Shown piece by piece: positions 10,325 through 23,796 of a stretch of 64,000 bases of DNA; position 1 is the stretch's first letter; each line of letters opens with the position of its first letter. The notes under the pieces are model-generated. The model made no database searches. It worked only from the letters and a program-made list of their open reading frames with translations, and was not told the origin of the DNA. The position numbers and the translations under genes were made by a program. The stretch is taken from NCBI GenBank assembly GCA_963668645.2, contig CAXXWC010000020.1, positions 64,001 to 128,000 on the forward strand, in the 5' to 3' direction. The stretch is from Desulfobacterales bacterium. GTDB taxonomy: Bacteria; Desulfobacterota; Desulfobacteria; Desulfobacterales; UBA2174.

Positions 10325-11698
10325 ATGCGAAACACGTCGCTCGCCGTGGTGCTGTTGGCCCTGACCGCTGTCGGCGCGGCGCTTCCGGCAGCCGCCTACG
10401 ATCGCGAAACACCGGTGGTCAAGGCTGTGCGCAAGGTAAGCCCCGCGGTGGTCAACGTGAGCAGCCAATCGTCGGTTCAACTTCATGACGCCCCTTTTTC
10501 AAGAATGCCGGGAGGTGATTTAAACTGGTTTTTCCGGGATTTTTTCGATCGCAGCTGGCCGCGGCGCCAACCGACCACCCAACTCGGTTCCGGGGTGATC
10601 ATAGACGGCCGGCGCGGTTTTATCCTCACCAATGCCCACGTCGTCTCCCAGGCGGGCCAGATTACGGTCACCCTCATGGACGAACGGCGTTTCGAAGCCC
10701 AACTGGTCGGCTCGGATCCGGACAGCGATCTGGCGGTCTTGCGCATCCCGGCGGACAAGCCGCTGCCATCGGTGGCCATGGGGGCCTGTGACGATTTGAT
10801 GATCGGCGAGACCGTCATCGCCATCGGCAACCCTTTCGGTTTTTCCCACACGGTGACCACCGGGGTCATCAGCGCGGTCAAACGCAGCTTTCGCGCCGAC
10901 GATCGGGAATATCACGACTTTTTGCAGATCGACGCCTCGATCAACCCGGGCAACAGCGGCGGTCCTTTGCTCAACATCAACGGCGAGTTGATCGGCATCA
11001 ATACGGCCATCTATGCCAAAGCCCAGGGAATCGGGTTTGCCATTCCCATCGATCGGGCCAAGCGCATCGTCGATGACCTGATCCGCTTCGGAGAGGTGAT
11101 CCAGGCCTGGATCGGCCTGCGGGTCCAACCGCTGGATGAACGGCTGGCCGCTTATCTGAAGCTTGAAAAACCAGAGGGGGTTTTGATCCGCCTGGTCGAA
11201 ACGGGAAGCCCGGCGCAAAAGGCCGGAATCAAAACCGGCGATGTCCTGAAAACTATCGACGGGCAGGCCACCGTCGACACCGATACCTACCGCTATGCCG
11301 CCCGAGAGGTGAGCGCAAACCAAAGACTGCGCCTGGAGGTGTGGCGCGACGGCCGCCTTATCGCTCTGACCCTCAAGGCGGGAACCTATCCTCCGGAACG
11401 CGCTTTCATGCTGGCCGAAGAATTGCTGGGGATCACCGTTGAAGATCTGACCGCCCCCAACCGGCGCCGCTTTCACCTCGAATTTTTATCCGGGGTAGTG
11501 GTTACCGAAGTGCACCCGGACAGTTATCTGGCCCGGGTCGGCGTCGAACCGGGCGATGTGGTGCGCCAGGTCGGCGATACGGCGGTGGAAAATCTTGCGA
11601 CCTTTCAAAAAGCCCTGGTCAAACAGCGCTTGCAGGACTCCCTGGTGCTCCTGATCCAGCGGGGCAACCGCGGCTACTACATCACGGTGGAGTTGTGA
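10325..11698 (+). CDS. DegP/HtrA serine protease with two PDZ domains
   Basis: Signal peptide, GSGVII, LTNAHV, DLAVL, INPGNSGGPL; start set at ATG 10325. Confidence 0.93.
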   Translation: MRNTSLAVVLLALTAVGAALPAAAYDRETPVVKAVRKVSPAVVNVSSQSSVQLHDAPFSRMPGGDLNWFFRDFFDRSWPRRQPTTQLGSGVIIDGRRGFILTNAHVVSQAGQITVTLMDERRFEAQLVGSDPDSDLAVLRIPADKPLPSVAMGACDDLMIGETVIAIGNPFGFSHTVTTGVISAVKRSFRADDREYHDFLQIDASINPGNSGGPLLNINGELIGINTAIYAKAQGIGFAIPIDRAKRIVDDLIRFGEVIQAWIGLRVQPLDERLAAYLKLEKPEGVLIRLVETGSPAQKAGIKTGDVLKTIDGQATVDTDTYRYAAREVSANQRLRLEVWRDGRLIALTLKAGTYPPERAFMLAEELLGITVEDLTAPNRRRFHLEFLSGVVVTEVHPDSYLARVGVEPGDVVRQVGDTAVENLATFQKALVKQRLQDSLVLLIQRGNRGYYITVEL

Positions 11699-11717
11699 GG
11701 GACTGGCACCGTGGCGT

Positions 11718-12011
11718 CTACAAGACCTTCTCCAGGGGCCAGGCAAAGACCTTGACCCCCTTTCCGCCCAAACGCGCCCGCAAGGCGGCGAGAGCCTCGA
11801 AGAGGGCTTCGAAACAGGCGTCGTCTGGCACCGCGGTCATCAGGGTATTGTTGTAACCGGGCCAGACGCTGTCGTCCATCTTGGGGTCGGATCGTTGGCC
11901 CGTGCCCAGGACCCGGCGCCATATGGTAACCCCGGTAGTCCCGGATCCGTCGAGCGCTTCGCGCACCACATCGTCATAACCGGCATCGTAGACGACCATC
12001 ACCATCTTCAT
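11718..12011 (-). CDS. PII-like (PG0541-type) transporter-associated small protein
   Basis: 97 aa, MKMVMVVYD...VLGTG..SDPKMDDSVWPGYN; last gene of the RND operon. Confidence 0.7.
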   Translation of the reverse strand: MKMVMVVYDAGYDDVVREALDGSGTTGVTIWRRVLGTGQRSDPKMDDSVWPGYNNTLMTAVPDDACFEALFEALAALRARLGGKGVKVFAWPLEKVL

Positions 12012-12064
12012 CGCTGGCTTTCCTTAGCCGCCGAGGTTGCCCAGCATCGCGGCGGCATCTTTTT

Positions 12065-15000
12065 TTATGCAACCACCGTTCCTGGGTCCGCCACTTTACC
12101 GCGTTCGGCCGCCTTGCGCCGTTCGAAAAGAAAATAGATCGTCGGCACCAGCACCAGGGTGACGAGCATCGAAACCGACAGGCCGCCAAGCATGGTCACC
12201 CCCAGAGGATTCCACGCCTCGGCGCCCACGGCCTGCGACACGGCCATGGGGACCATCCCGAAAAAGGTCGTCAGGGTGGTCATCAGCACGGGCCGCAGGC
12301 GGCTGCGGCCGGCCTCGACCACCGCCTCTTGCAGCGGCCGGCCGCGCTTTTGCAGCAGGTGGGTGTAGTCGAGCAGCACGATGGCGTTGTTGACCACCAC
12401 ACCCATGAGCATGATGACCCCCATAAAGGGGATCATACCGAGGCTGGTGCCGGTGAAGTAAAAGGCGAAAAGCACACCGGTAAAGGCAAAGGGCACCGAA
12501 AACATCACGATCAGCGGATCGCGCAGGTTGCCGAAAAGCGATGCCATGACCATATAGACGAGCAGGATACCCAAGACCAGCAAGGTGGTCAGATCGGTGA
12601 AGGCCTCCTGTTGCTCCTCCACATCGCCGCCGTAGTGGATGCGGATGCCGGCCGGGATGCCCATCTTTGAGATGGTGCGGCGCACGTCGCCGTTCACCGC
12701 ACCGAGGCTGCGGGCGTAGATGTTGCCTTCAACCTTGATGATGCGCTGGCGGTTCTTGCGTTCGATCTCGATGGGTCCCAGCCCTTCGACGATGCGTGCC
12801 ACGGTTTTAAGCCGCACCATGCGCCCGTCAGGAGTAAAAATCGGCACTTCGGCCAGATTGGCCAGCCGGTCGCGATCGGCCTCGCTAAAGCGGGTGAAGA
12901 TGTCGAAGCTGTCTCCGGCGTCCTTGAACTCGGAGGCCTCGGCCCCATAAAAATAATTGCGCACCGTGGCGGCGATCATCGCCACGTTGAGCCCCATGCC
13001 GGCAGCCTTGCGCCGGTCGACCTCGACCCAGACCTCAGGCCGCGGATCTTTCTGAGAAATCGTTACGTCCACCAGGCCGGGAATCTTCAAGAAGCTCTGG
13101 CGCAGCGATTGGGCAAAGACTTCACTGCGGTCCATGTCGTAGCCGAGCACCTCGATGGAAATCGGTTTGCGTCCGCCCATGATGGCGCTGTCGAGCCCGC
13201 TTTCGGTGCTGACTTGAACCTTGGCCAGCCCGGCGATCTTTTCCACTTCCTGGCGCAGCCGCTCGCCCACGGTTTCGATGGACAGGTCGCGCTGATCGAG
13301 GTCGACCAGTTTGAAGCGCACCTCGCCGACGTTGGGTCCCTGCTCGAAGCCGAGGGCCACCGCGTAGCCCATCTCGTTCTCGCCGGTCTTGGTGTAGGTG
13401 AACAGGATCCAGTCTTGCGGTACGATCCTTGGCATGATGGCGAGAATCTGACGCGCCACCCGCTCGGTCTCCTCGATGCGCTGCCCCTCGGCCAGCCGGT
13501 AGGACACCGATACTTCCCCGGTATCGACTCGCGGAAAGAAAGATGTGCTGATAAAGGGCACCAGGGAAACCCCGGCCGCGAAGATCGCCACGGCCAGCAC
13601 CAGCACGCTGCGTGTGTGGCCGAGGGCCCAGGCCAGCAAGCGCCCGTAAGCCGCCTCGACAGCCTCGAAGGCCGCTTCGCTGCGCGCGTAAAAACGCCCG
13701 GTAATCCCCCGGCGCTGCCTGAGGGCGCGGGGCGTGGCGCGCACCCAGCGGCTGGCCAGCATGGGCGTGAGCATCAAGGCGGTAACCAGCGAGGCCATCA
13801 GGGTGATGACCACCACAAAGCCGAGCTGTTTGAAGAGAATGCCCGCCAAGCCGGTCAGAAACATCAGCGGCACGAAAACCACCACCGTGGTCATGGTCGA
13901 AGCGGTGATGGCCAGGGCCATCTCGCTGGCGCCGAACATGGCCGCCGCCCCTACCCGGCTCCCCTTTTCCACGTGCCGGATGATGTTTTCGAGCACCACG
14001 ATGGCGTTGTCGACCACCATCCCCGAAGCGATGGCCAGGGCCATGAGAGAAACCAGGTTGATGGTGTAACCGAATAGATTGAGAAAGATAAATGCCACGA
14101 TCAGCGAACAGGGAATGATCAGCACGATGATGAAGATCGTGCGCAGCCGCCGTAAAAATACCATGGTGACCACGACGATGAAGAAAATACCCCACAGCAA
14201 CGTGCTCTTGAGGTTGGTCACAGAATTGATGATGTCCACCGAAGTGTCGATGGGAATATTGATGCGCACGTCGGCCGGCAGCTGGGGGGTGATTTCAGCC
14301 AGCCGCTGCTTGACCGCGCCAATCACCTCCACCGTGTTCTTGCCCGTCTGCTTTTGAAGCATCATCAATATCGCCGGCCGCCCGTTGCTGTGGATGCGCT
14401 CGTCCAGCGGTTTATAGGCGTCTTCCACCTCGGCCACGTCGCCCAGATAGACCGGCCGGCCCTCGTGGGTGCCGATCACGGTCTGGCGGATCTCTTCGAT
14501 GTCGGAAAATCGCGCCGGCACCCTTACGAAATGCTTTTTGCGCCCGGCTTGGATATGGCCGGCCGGAACGTTCATGTTTTCCATGTCCAGGACGCGGTTG
14601 ATCTGGGGCAGTGAAAGGTGGAACCCCTCGACCTTTTGCATGTCGAAGTATAGGTTGATGCGCCGGCGCAGACCGCCGTATAAGATCACCGCTCCTACGC
14701 CCGGCACGCGCTTGAGCTCATCGCCGATCTGCTTGTCCACGATATGAAACAGCCGGGGCCAGCTCTTTTCACCGGCTACCGTCAAAAACAGCACCGGTGC
14801 CGTGGCGCTGGAGAATTTGAACAGGACTGGACTGTCGGCATCCTCGGGAAGACGGCGCTTGGCGAACTCGAGCTTGTCGCGCACGTCGTTGCTGGCCACG
14901 TCCAGATCCGTACCCCAGTCGAACTTGCAGCTGATCAGTGACAGGTTGTCCATGCTCTTGGACGTCAGGGTGTCCAGGTTGTTCACCGAGTTGACCGTGT

Positions 15001-15205
15001 CCTCGATCACCTCGGTGACCTCGCTTTCCACGTCCGAGGCGCTGGCCCCGGGCCAGGAGGTCAGAATCGAGATCACCGGCGGTTCGATATCCGGATACAT
15101 GTCCGTGGAAAGCCGGGCGGCGGAAAAGGCGCCCAGCAACCCCAGGGCCAAAAAAAGCATGGCGGTGGCCACCGGCTGGCGAACTGAAAATTCGGGTAGA
15201 TTCAT
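12065..15205 (-). CDS. RND efflux permease (AcrB/AcrD/AcrF family)
   Basis: 1046 aa, GMVVDNAIVVLENI, GVVVNNAIVLLD, RLRPVLMTTLTT. Confidence 0.95.
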   Translation of the reverse strand: MNLPEFSVRQPVATAMLFLALGLLGAFSAARLSTDMYPDIEPPVISILTSWPGASASDVESEVTEVIEDTVNSVNNLDTLTSKSMDNLSLISCKFDWGTDLDVASNDVRDKLEFAKRRLPEDADSPVLFKFSSATAPVLFLTVAGEKSWPRLFHIVDKQIGDELKRVPGVGAVILYGGLRRRINLYFDMQKVEGFHLSLPQINRVLDMENMNVPAGHIQAGRKKHFVRVPARFSDIEEIRQTVIGTHEGRPVYLGDVAEVEDAYKPLDERIHSNGRPAILMMLQKQTGKNTVEVIGAVKQRLAEITPQLPADVRINIPIDTSVDIINSVTNLKSTLLWGIFFIVVVTMVFLRRLRTIFIIVLIIPCSLIVAFIFLNLFGYTINLVSLMALAIASGMVVDNAIVVLENIIRHVEKGSRVGAAAMFGASEMALAITASTMTTVVVFVPLMFLTGLAGILFKQLGFVVVITLMASLVTALMLTPMLASRWVRATPRALRQRRGITGRFYARSEAAFEAVEAAYGRLLAWALGHTRSVLVLAVAIFAAGVSLVPFISTSFFPRVDTGEVSVSYRLAEGQRIEETERVARQILAIMPRIVPQDWILFTYTKTGENEMGYAVALGFEQGPNVGEVRFKLVDLDQRDLSIETVGERLRQEVEKIAGLAKVQVSTESGLDSAIMGGRKPISIEVLGYDMDRSEVFAQSLRQSFLKIPGLVDVTISQKDPRPEVWVEVDRRKAAGMGLNVAMIAATVRNYFYGAEASEFKDAGDSFDIFTRFSEADRDRLANLAEVPIFTPDGRMVRLKTVARIVEGLGPIEIERKNRQRIIKVEGNIYARSLGAVNGDVRRTISKMGIPAGIRIHYGGDVEEQQEAFTDLTTLLVLGILLVYMVMASLFGNLRDPLIVMFSVPFAFTGVLFAFYFTGTSLGMIPFMGVIMLMGVVVNNAIVLLDYTHLLQKRGRPLQEAVVEAGRSRLRPVLMTTLTTFFGMVPMAVSQAVGAEAWNPLGVTMLGGLSVSMLVTLVLVPTIYFLFERRKAAERGKVADPGTVVA

Positions 15206-16410
15206 CCGGCGCGCCCCTCCTGCCGCCCTTCATCCGCCGTTTGCGAGATCGTGACCCGATCGCCGTGGCGAAGCGCTCCTTGGCCTTCGACCACCACCAC
15301 GGCCCCGGGATTTATCCCCTGCTTCAGTTCCACGAACCGATCCTCGCTCAGCCCGGTAACCACGTTGACTTGCACGGCGTGTCCGTTTTCGACGCTAAAG
15401 ACGTAATCACTGCCGGTTCCGGGCATCCGCACCACCGCGTCGCGGTCGACCGCCACGGCCTGGACCTGCCCCATCACAATGCTGAGGCGGGCGTACATTC
15501 CCGGCTGCAAAAGCCCCTCCCTGTTTTCCAGATGGATTTCGATATCGGCCGTGCGGGTGGCCGGACTGACCGCGGCATTGATCACCGAAACGCTTCCATT
15601 GAAGGTTCGCTGCGGATGGGCGTCGAGGCGAACTTGGACCGCAGTGCCCGGATGGATCCGCGGCAGATCCTTTTCGCTGACGAAGGTGATGACCTTGGCC
15701 CTGGAAATATCGGCCAGTTGCAGCAGGGGTCTATCGGTGCTCGAAAGGTTGCCCGGATCGAAATAGCGCGCCGTGACCACGGCATCCATGGGCGCTGTGA
15801 TGCGATGGTCCGCCAGGGTCAGCTCCAACTGGCGGATGACCGCTCCGGCCCGGGCCGCCTGGGCCAGGGACACGGTTCTGGCGGCCGCGGCGGCCTCTTG
15901 CTGTGCGCTGATATGGTCGAGTTGGCGCCGCGCGACTGCCTTTTCCCGGTAAAGGGTCTCGAAACGCTGCCGATCCTTTTCCAGAACGGCCAGGTTGGCT
16001 TCGACCTGGACGATGCCGGCCCGGGCGGCGGCCAGTGCGGCCTGGGCCTCTTCCAGCCGGGCGCGGATGGTATCCTCGTCAAGGTTGGCCAAAACCTGAC
16101 CGGCGTGGACCCGGTCACCTTTTTGCACCGTCAGACGGCGAATCATCTGCCCGGACACCTTGGCAAAAAGATGTACCTCCTGCCAGGGCCTTACCTCTCC
16201 GGTCAACTCCAGCCTTTCGGTCAGCGTCATCATCCGCGCAGTGGCAACGCGCACGGGAGGTGCGGCGGAAGCCGGTTGGGCGGCCACTGTCAGCTTGTCG
16301 GCCCGCCAAAGATTGAAGCCCGTATATCCGAGAAAGCCGATGGCCGCCATTGCAGCGACCACCACGCCGAGGTGTTTGGATCGGGATCTCAGCTTATTGG
16401 TGCCGTTCAT
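15202..16410 (-). CDS. RND periplasmic adaptor (MFP)
   Basis: N-terminal TM segment, lipoyl/coiled-coil pattern, ITAPMDAVV, LQPGMYARL. Confidence 0.92.
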   Translation of the reverse strand: MNGTNKLRSRSKHLGVVVAAMAAIGFLGYTGFNLWRADKLTVAAQPASAAPPVRVATARMMTLTERLELTGEVRPWQEVHLFAKVSGQMIRRLTVQKGDRVHAGQVLANLDEDTIRARLEEAQAALAAARAGIVQVEANLAVLEKDRQRFETLYREKAVARRQLDHISAQQEAAAAARTVSLAQAARAGAVIRQLELTLADHRITAPMDAVVTARYFDPGNLSSTDRPLLQLADISRAKVITFVSEKDLPRIHPGTAVQVRLDAHPQRTFNGSVSVINAAVSPATRTADIEIHLENREGLLQPGMYARLSIVMGQVQAVAVDRDAVVRMPGTGSDYVFSVENGHAVQVNVVTGLSEDRFVELKQGINPGAVVVVEGQGALRHGDRVTISQTADEGRQEGRAG

Positions 16411-16433
16411 GGATGATCCTTCCTGGCCAGAGG

Positions 16434-17816
16434 TTACAGCCGGCCGCCGCCAACGGCCCGCTGCAGTTCGGCCTCGGCCTTCAGGGCGTTGCAGCGCGCC
16501 GCGTAAAAATTGGTCCGGGCCTGGCTTTGCGCCACCGTGGCGTCGAGCACCTCGGTGGATGCGGCCACCTGCTGTTGAAAGCGCAGTCGCGTGATACGCA
16601 GATTTTCATCCGCCTGGGCCAGCGCGGTTTGGGCCGTTTTGATATTGGCCAGGGCCACGGCGAGGTTGATCCGGGCGTTTTTGACCTCCAGGCGGATGCT
16701 GTCGCGCACCCCGTCGGCTTTGGCGGCCAGAGCTTCATGTTCATGCCTGGTTTTGGCCACCTCGGCCCGCGTCTTGCCCCACTCGAAAAATGTCCACTCG
16801 GCTTGCAGCGCCACGGTGGTGTTGTAACTGTTGCGAAAATCGTTTTGCGTGGCCCGCAGGTTGTCCCCGTCCTGTTCGTAGCGGCCCACCAGAAAAACGC
16901 TTGGATAGTAAGCGCTGGCCGCCAGGCGTGCGGCGGCATCCAACTGGGCCAATGCCAGCTCGAGATGGCGCAACTCGGGCCGCCGGCTTTCAGCCTCGCC
17001 GATCAATACCGCCAGCGGCGCGGGCGGTGCCGGCAAAACTTCCACCGGCACCGGTACGACGGGGTTCTCGATATCCACTCCGATGACGGTGTTGAGCGCG
17101 GCGCCGGCCATATCGAGCCCGGCGGCCGCCGCCGTTTTCTTTTGAACGGCATCGGCCAGGGCCACTTCGCTCTGGAGCAGATCGTTGTAAGCGATCAGTC
17201 CCTGGTCGTAAAACTGCCGTGCATCGGCCACATGGGCCTCGAGGGTGGTCTCGGCATCCCGGGCCGTAAGGAGCAGGCTTTCGGCCATCAGGGTGTCGAA
17301 GAAGGCAAGCTTGGCCTGCTTGACCACGTCGGCCTCGGCCTGGTCTTTTTGAACAGCCGCCATTTCAATGCCCAGATCGGCCAGCTTGACCCGGGTGGTC
17401 AGGGCAAAACCGGTAAACAACGGTTGGGTCAGGCTGGCCTCCCAGTGAAAGTTGTCCTTAGAACCGGTGGCCGCCTCGATCCGCTGGCTTCCGCTGACTA
17501 CGTAAAAGGGTGCCACCCGGGGGTCGGGACGGACCAGGGTCTGGGTGAAATACATAAACGGTGTTTCCCCGAGCCGGGCGTAACCGTAGGCGGCCGAGGC
17601 CTTGGGAAACAGATCGGCCCGGCGGGCGCGGCGCTCCTCCACGGCCGCCTGGCTGCGGGCGGCAGCCTCGCGGATCAGGGCGTTATTGACGCGGGCCATC
17701 TCCACGGCCTTGTCCAGAGTCAACCGATGGGAAGTATCGCTTCCGCGGGTGGGGGTTACGGAAAGGCCACCGGAAATTACCAACAACAAAAAAAACAGGA
17801 CCACTTTTGACCGCAT
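16434..17816 (-). CDS. TolC-family outer membrane efflux protein
   Basis: Signal peptide from ATG 17816, LTQPLFTG, RRPEL, duplicated OEP pattern. Confidence 0.9.
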   Translation of the reverse strand: MRSKVVLFFLLLVISGGLSVTPTRGSDTSHRLTLDKAVEMARVNNALIREAAARSQAAVEERRARRADLFPKASAAYGYARLGETPFMYFTQTLVRPDPRVAPFYVVSGSQRIEAATGSKDNFHWEASLTQPLFTGFALTTRVKLADLGIEMAAVQKDQAEADVVKQAKLAFFDTLMAESLLLTARDAETTLEAHVADARQFYDQGLIAYNDLLQSEVALADAVQKKTAAAAGLDMAGAALNTVIGVDIENPVVPVPVEVLPAPPAPLAVLIGEAESRRPELRHLELALAQLDAAARLAASAYYPSVFLVGRYEQDGDNLRATQNDFRNSYNTTVALQAEWTFFEWGKTRAEVAKTRHEHEALAAKADGVRDSIRLEVKNARINLAVALANIKTAQTALAQADENLRITRLRFQQQVAASTEVLDATVAQSQARTNFYAARCNALKAEAELQRAVGGGRL

Positions 17817-17857
17817 TTTTAGCCTTTTTCCGCTTTTTGGGGTGTCTTTCAGGTTTG

Positions 17858-17899
17858 ATGAACGTTGGTTCATATAATTGGGTTCAATCAGCCTGTCAA
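17858..17899 (-). promoter_or_regulatory. Sigma70-like promoter of the efflux operon with overlapping palindromic operator
   Basis: Minus strand TTGACA-17 bp-TATATG; palindrome ATGAAC-N4-GTTCAT at 17858-17873. Confidence 0.65.
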
Positions 17900-18074
17900 T
17901 TTAAAAGGCCGCCAGAGTTAAATCAGCGGTAAAGGAAAAAGCGACCGCTCGTATTCTTCCGTCCGCAACGGATGCGCCTTGATGCTGTTGAAATCCGGTG
18001 CTATGTTGCCTCAAAAGTGTAGCAAGGCCCCGAAGGGTAATAGATTTTTCAATATCCACGCCGAAAGACAAGCC

Positions 18075-19457
18075 ATGCAACGGATAAAAGTGATCGACCT
18101 GCTCCAGCGCACCACGCCGTGCTCAAACGTCCTGCTCAAGGGGTGGGTGCGCACGCGACGCGCCAGCAAGACTTTTTCATTTATCGAAGTCAACGACGGT
18201 TCATGTTTGGCTAACATCCAGGTCATCGCCCCGGAAGAGCTGAATAATTACGATGAGATCCGCCGCTTGACCACCGGCTCGGCAGTGGCAGTGGTCGGCG
18301 ATCTGGTCGCTTCCAGCGGCAAGGGACAAGATTTGGAGATCCGGGCTGCGCAGGTACGTATCCTAGGTTTGGCTCCAGAAACCTTTCCGCTTCAGAAAAA
18401 ACGCCACAGCGACGAATACCTTCGCACCATCGCCCACCTTCGGCCCCGCACCAACAAATACGGTGCCGCCTTTCGCATCCGCTCGAACATGGCATGGGCT
18501 GTTCACGCTTTTTTCCGAGAGCGCGGTTTTTTCCATATCCACACCCCTATCATTACCGGATCGGATTGCGAGGGAGCCGGTGAACTGTTTCGCATTACCA
18601 CCCAGAATCCGGCTGTGCCGGATGCCAAAGCCGGTTGCGAAGATCATTTTCAGGACTTTTTCGGCGCCGAGGCCAATCTTACCGTTTCAGGCCAGCTAGA
18701 AGCTGAAATGCTGGCCCTCTCTTTGGGGGAGGTCTATACCTTCGGCCCCACCTTCCGGGCCGAAAATTCCAACACCCGGCGCCATGCCGCTGAGTTCTGG
18801 ATGGTCGAACCGGAAATGGCCTTCTGCGACCTGAGCGCCAACATGGACCTGGCCGAAGCCCTGATCCAATACCTGGTTCGTTTTGCAATGGAAAACTGCC
18901 GCCAGGATCTGGATCTTTTCGCCCGCTTCGTAGACCCGCACCTGATGGACCATCTCACCGGCATCGTCGAAAACAGATTTGAACGCCTATCGTACAGCCA
19001 GGCGGTGGCGCTTTTGCAGCGCAGCGGACAGGCCTTCGAGTATCCGGTCTCCTACGGCATCGACCTGCAAACCGAGCATGAACGCTATCTGGCGGAGATC
19101 CACTTTCAAAAGCCGGTCATCGTTTACGATTATCCAAAGGAAATCAAACCGTTTTACATGCGTCTGAATGACGACGGCGAAACCGTGGCCGCCATGGATG
19201 TACTGGTGCCCGTGATCGGGGAGATTATCGGCGGAAGCCAGCGTGAAGAACGTCTCGAAGTGCTCGAAAAGCGTATGGCAGAGCAGGGATTGGATCCCTC
19301 GCGTTACTGGTGGTATCTCGACTCGCGCCGCTTCGGCTCGGTTGAACACAGCGGCTTCGGGATGGGGTTTGAGCGATTTCTGATGCTGGTTACCGGGATT
19401 TCCAATATCCGGGATGTCATCCCCTTTCCGCGCACTCCCGGCAATATCGACTTTTAA
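18075..19457 (+). CDS. asnS: Asparagine--tRNA ligase
   Basis: GWVRTRR, LTVSGQL, FRAENSNTRRHAAEFWMVEPE, EIIGGSQRE, GFGMGFER. Confidence 0.96.
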   Translation: MQRIKVIDLLQRTTPCSNVLLKGWVRTRRASKTFSFIEVNDGSCLANIQVIAPEELNNYDEIRRLTTGSAVAVVGDLVASSGKGQDLEIRAAQVRILGLAPETFPLQKKRHSDEYLRTIAHLRPRTNKYGAAFRIRSNMAWAVHAFFRERGFFHIHTPIITGSDCEGAGELFRITTQNPAVPDAKAGCEDHFQDFFGAEANLTVSGQLEAEMLALSLGEVYTFGPTFRAENSNTRRHAAEFWMVEPEMAFCDLSANMDLAEALIQYLVRFAMENCRQDLDLFARFVDPHLMDHLTGIVENRFERLSYSQAVALLQRSGQAFEYPVSYGIDLQTEHERYLAEIHFQKPVIVYDYPKEIKPFYMRLNDDGETVAAMDVLVPVIGEIIGGSQREERLEVLEKRMAEQGLDPSRYWWYLDSRRFGSVEHSGFGMGFERFLMLVTGISNIRDVIPFPRTPGNIDF

Positions 19458-20261
19458 TTAGGCTCTGAGGCATCTCAGCTTGGCCAGATCCTCGGCATAT
19501 CCGTAAAGGTGCAGTCCCTTGCTTTCGACGATCATCTCGCCATCGGCCACACCGATTTCGGCGGCCATGTATTCTTTGAGATTCTGAATTCCGGCAAGGT
19601 TGGCCGGCAGTCCGCCCCACAGGTCCCAGCTGCGAAAATAGACGAAAAAATGCAGGGTATCGTCCTGGATGCGCGTATCGATGGATCTGAGGCAGGGTGG
19701 ATCGACCAGGGTCAGATCGGTGGGATCCGCCACCTGCAGTACCATCTGGTTGTTGCGCTGACCGTGGCGGCGGTAGGTTTCGATGACCCATTCTATCTGG
19801 TTGAGGTAAATTTCTCCCTGCTCTTCAAAAACGATCTTGTCGTCGACTTCGCGCAGGTCCACGATTTGGCGGTTGGCCTGATCCCACCAGCGACGTTTGT
19901 CACCGCTGATAATGGCCCGGGTCAGTCGTTCTCCGTAGGTGTACGATTCCCCCGGCGCCTTCTGCCCGCTCATCAGATATTCGATATACGAACGCTCATA
20001 GCCCTGCCCGCCGTAAATATACCCCTCCTCCACCGGGTTCGGAATGCCGCAGGCCGGGGGAATATCCGGCAGCAGCGGCTGGGTGCCGGGAAACCGTACA
20101 TGACCGGTGAAAAAATCATATTCGAGGCGTGTCTGTCCGCTGTAAGAACCCCGGTCGATGGTAAAACGGCGACCGTGATCCAGGATGTCGTTAACCGCTT
20201 GGAACCATAGGTCGGGAAGATCCCGGGCTTCTATCCGGTGAATGGCCAGTCTGCTTTTCAT
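19458..20261 (-). CDS. thyA: Thymidylate synthase-family protein (divergent, archaeal-like ThyA)
   Basis: YTYGERL, catalytic PPCL, FRSWDLWGGLPAN, LHLY. Confidence 0.8.
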   Translation of the reverse strand: MKSRLAIHRIEARDLPDLWFQAVNDILDHGRRFTIDRGSYSGQTRLEYDFFTGHVRFPGTQPLLPDIPPACGIPNPVEEGYIYGGQGYERSYIEYLMSGQKAPGESYTYGERLTRAIISGDKRRWWDQANRQIVDLREVDDKIVFEEQGEIYLNQIEWVIETYRRHGQRNNQMVLQVADPTDLTLVDPPCLRSIDTRIQDDTLHFFVYFRSWDLWGGLPANLAGIQNLKEYMAAEIGVADGEMIVESKGLHLYGYAEDLAKLRCLRA

Positions 20262-23796
<3,535 letters not shown>

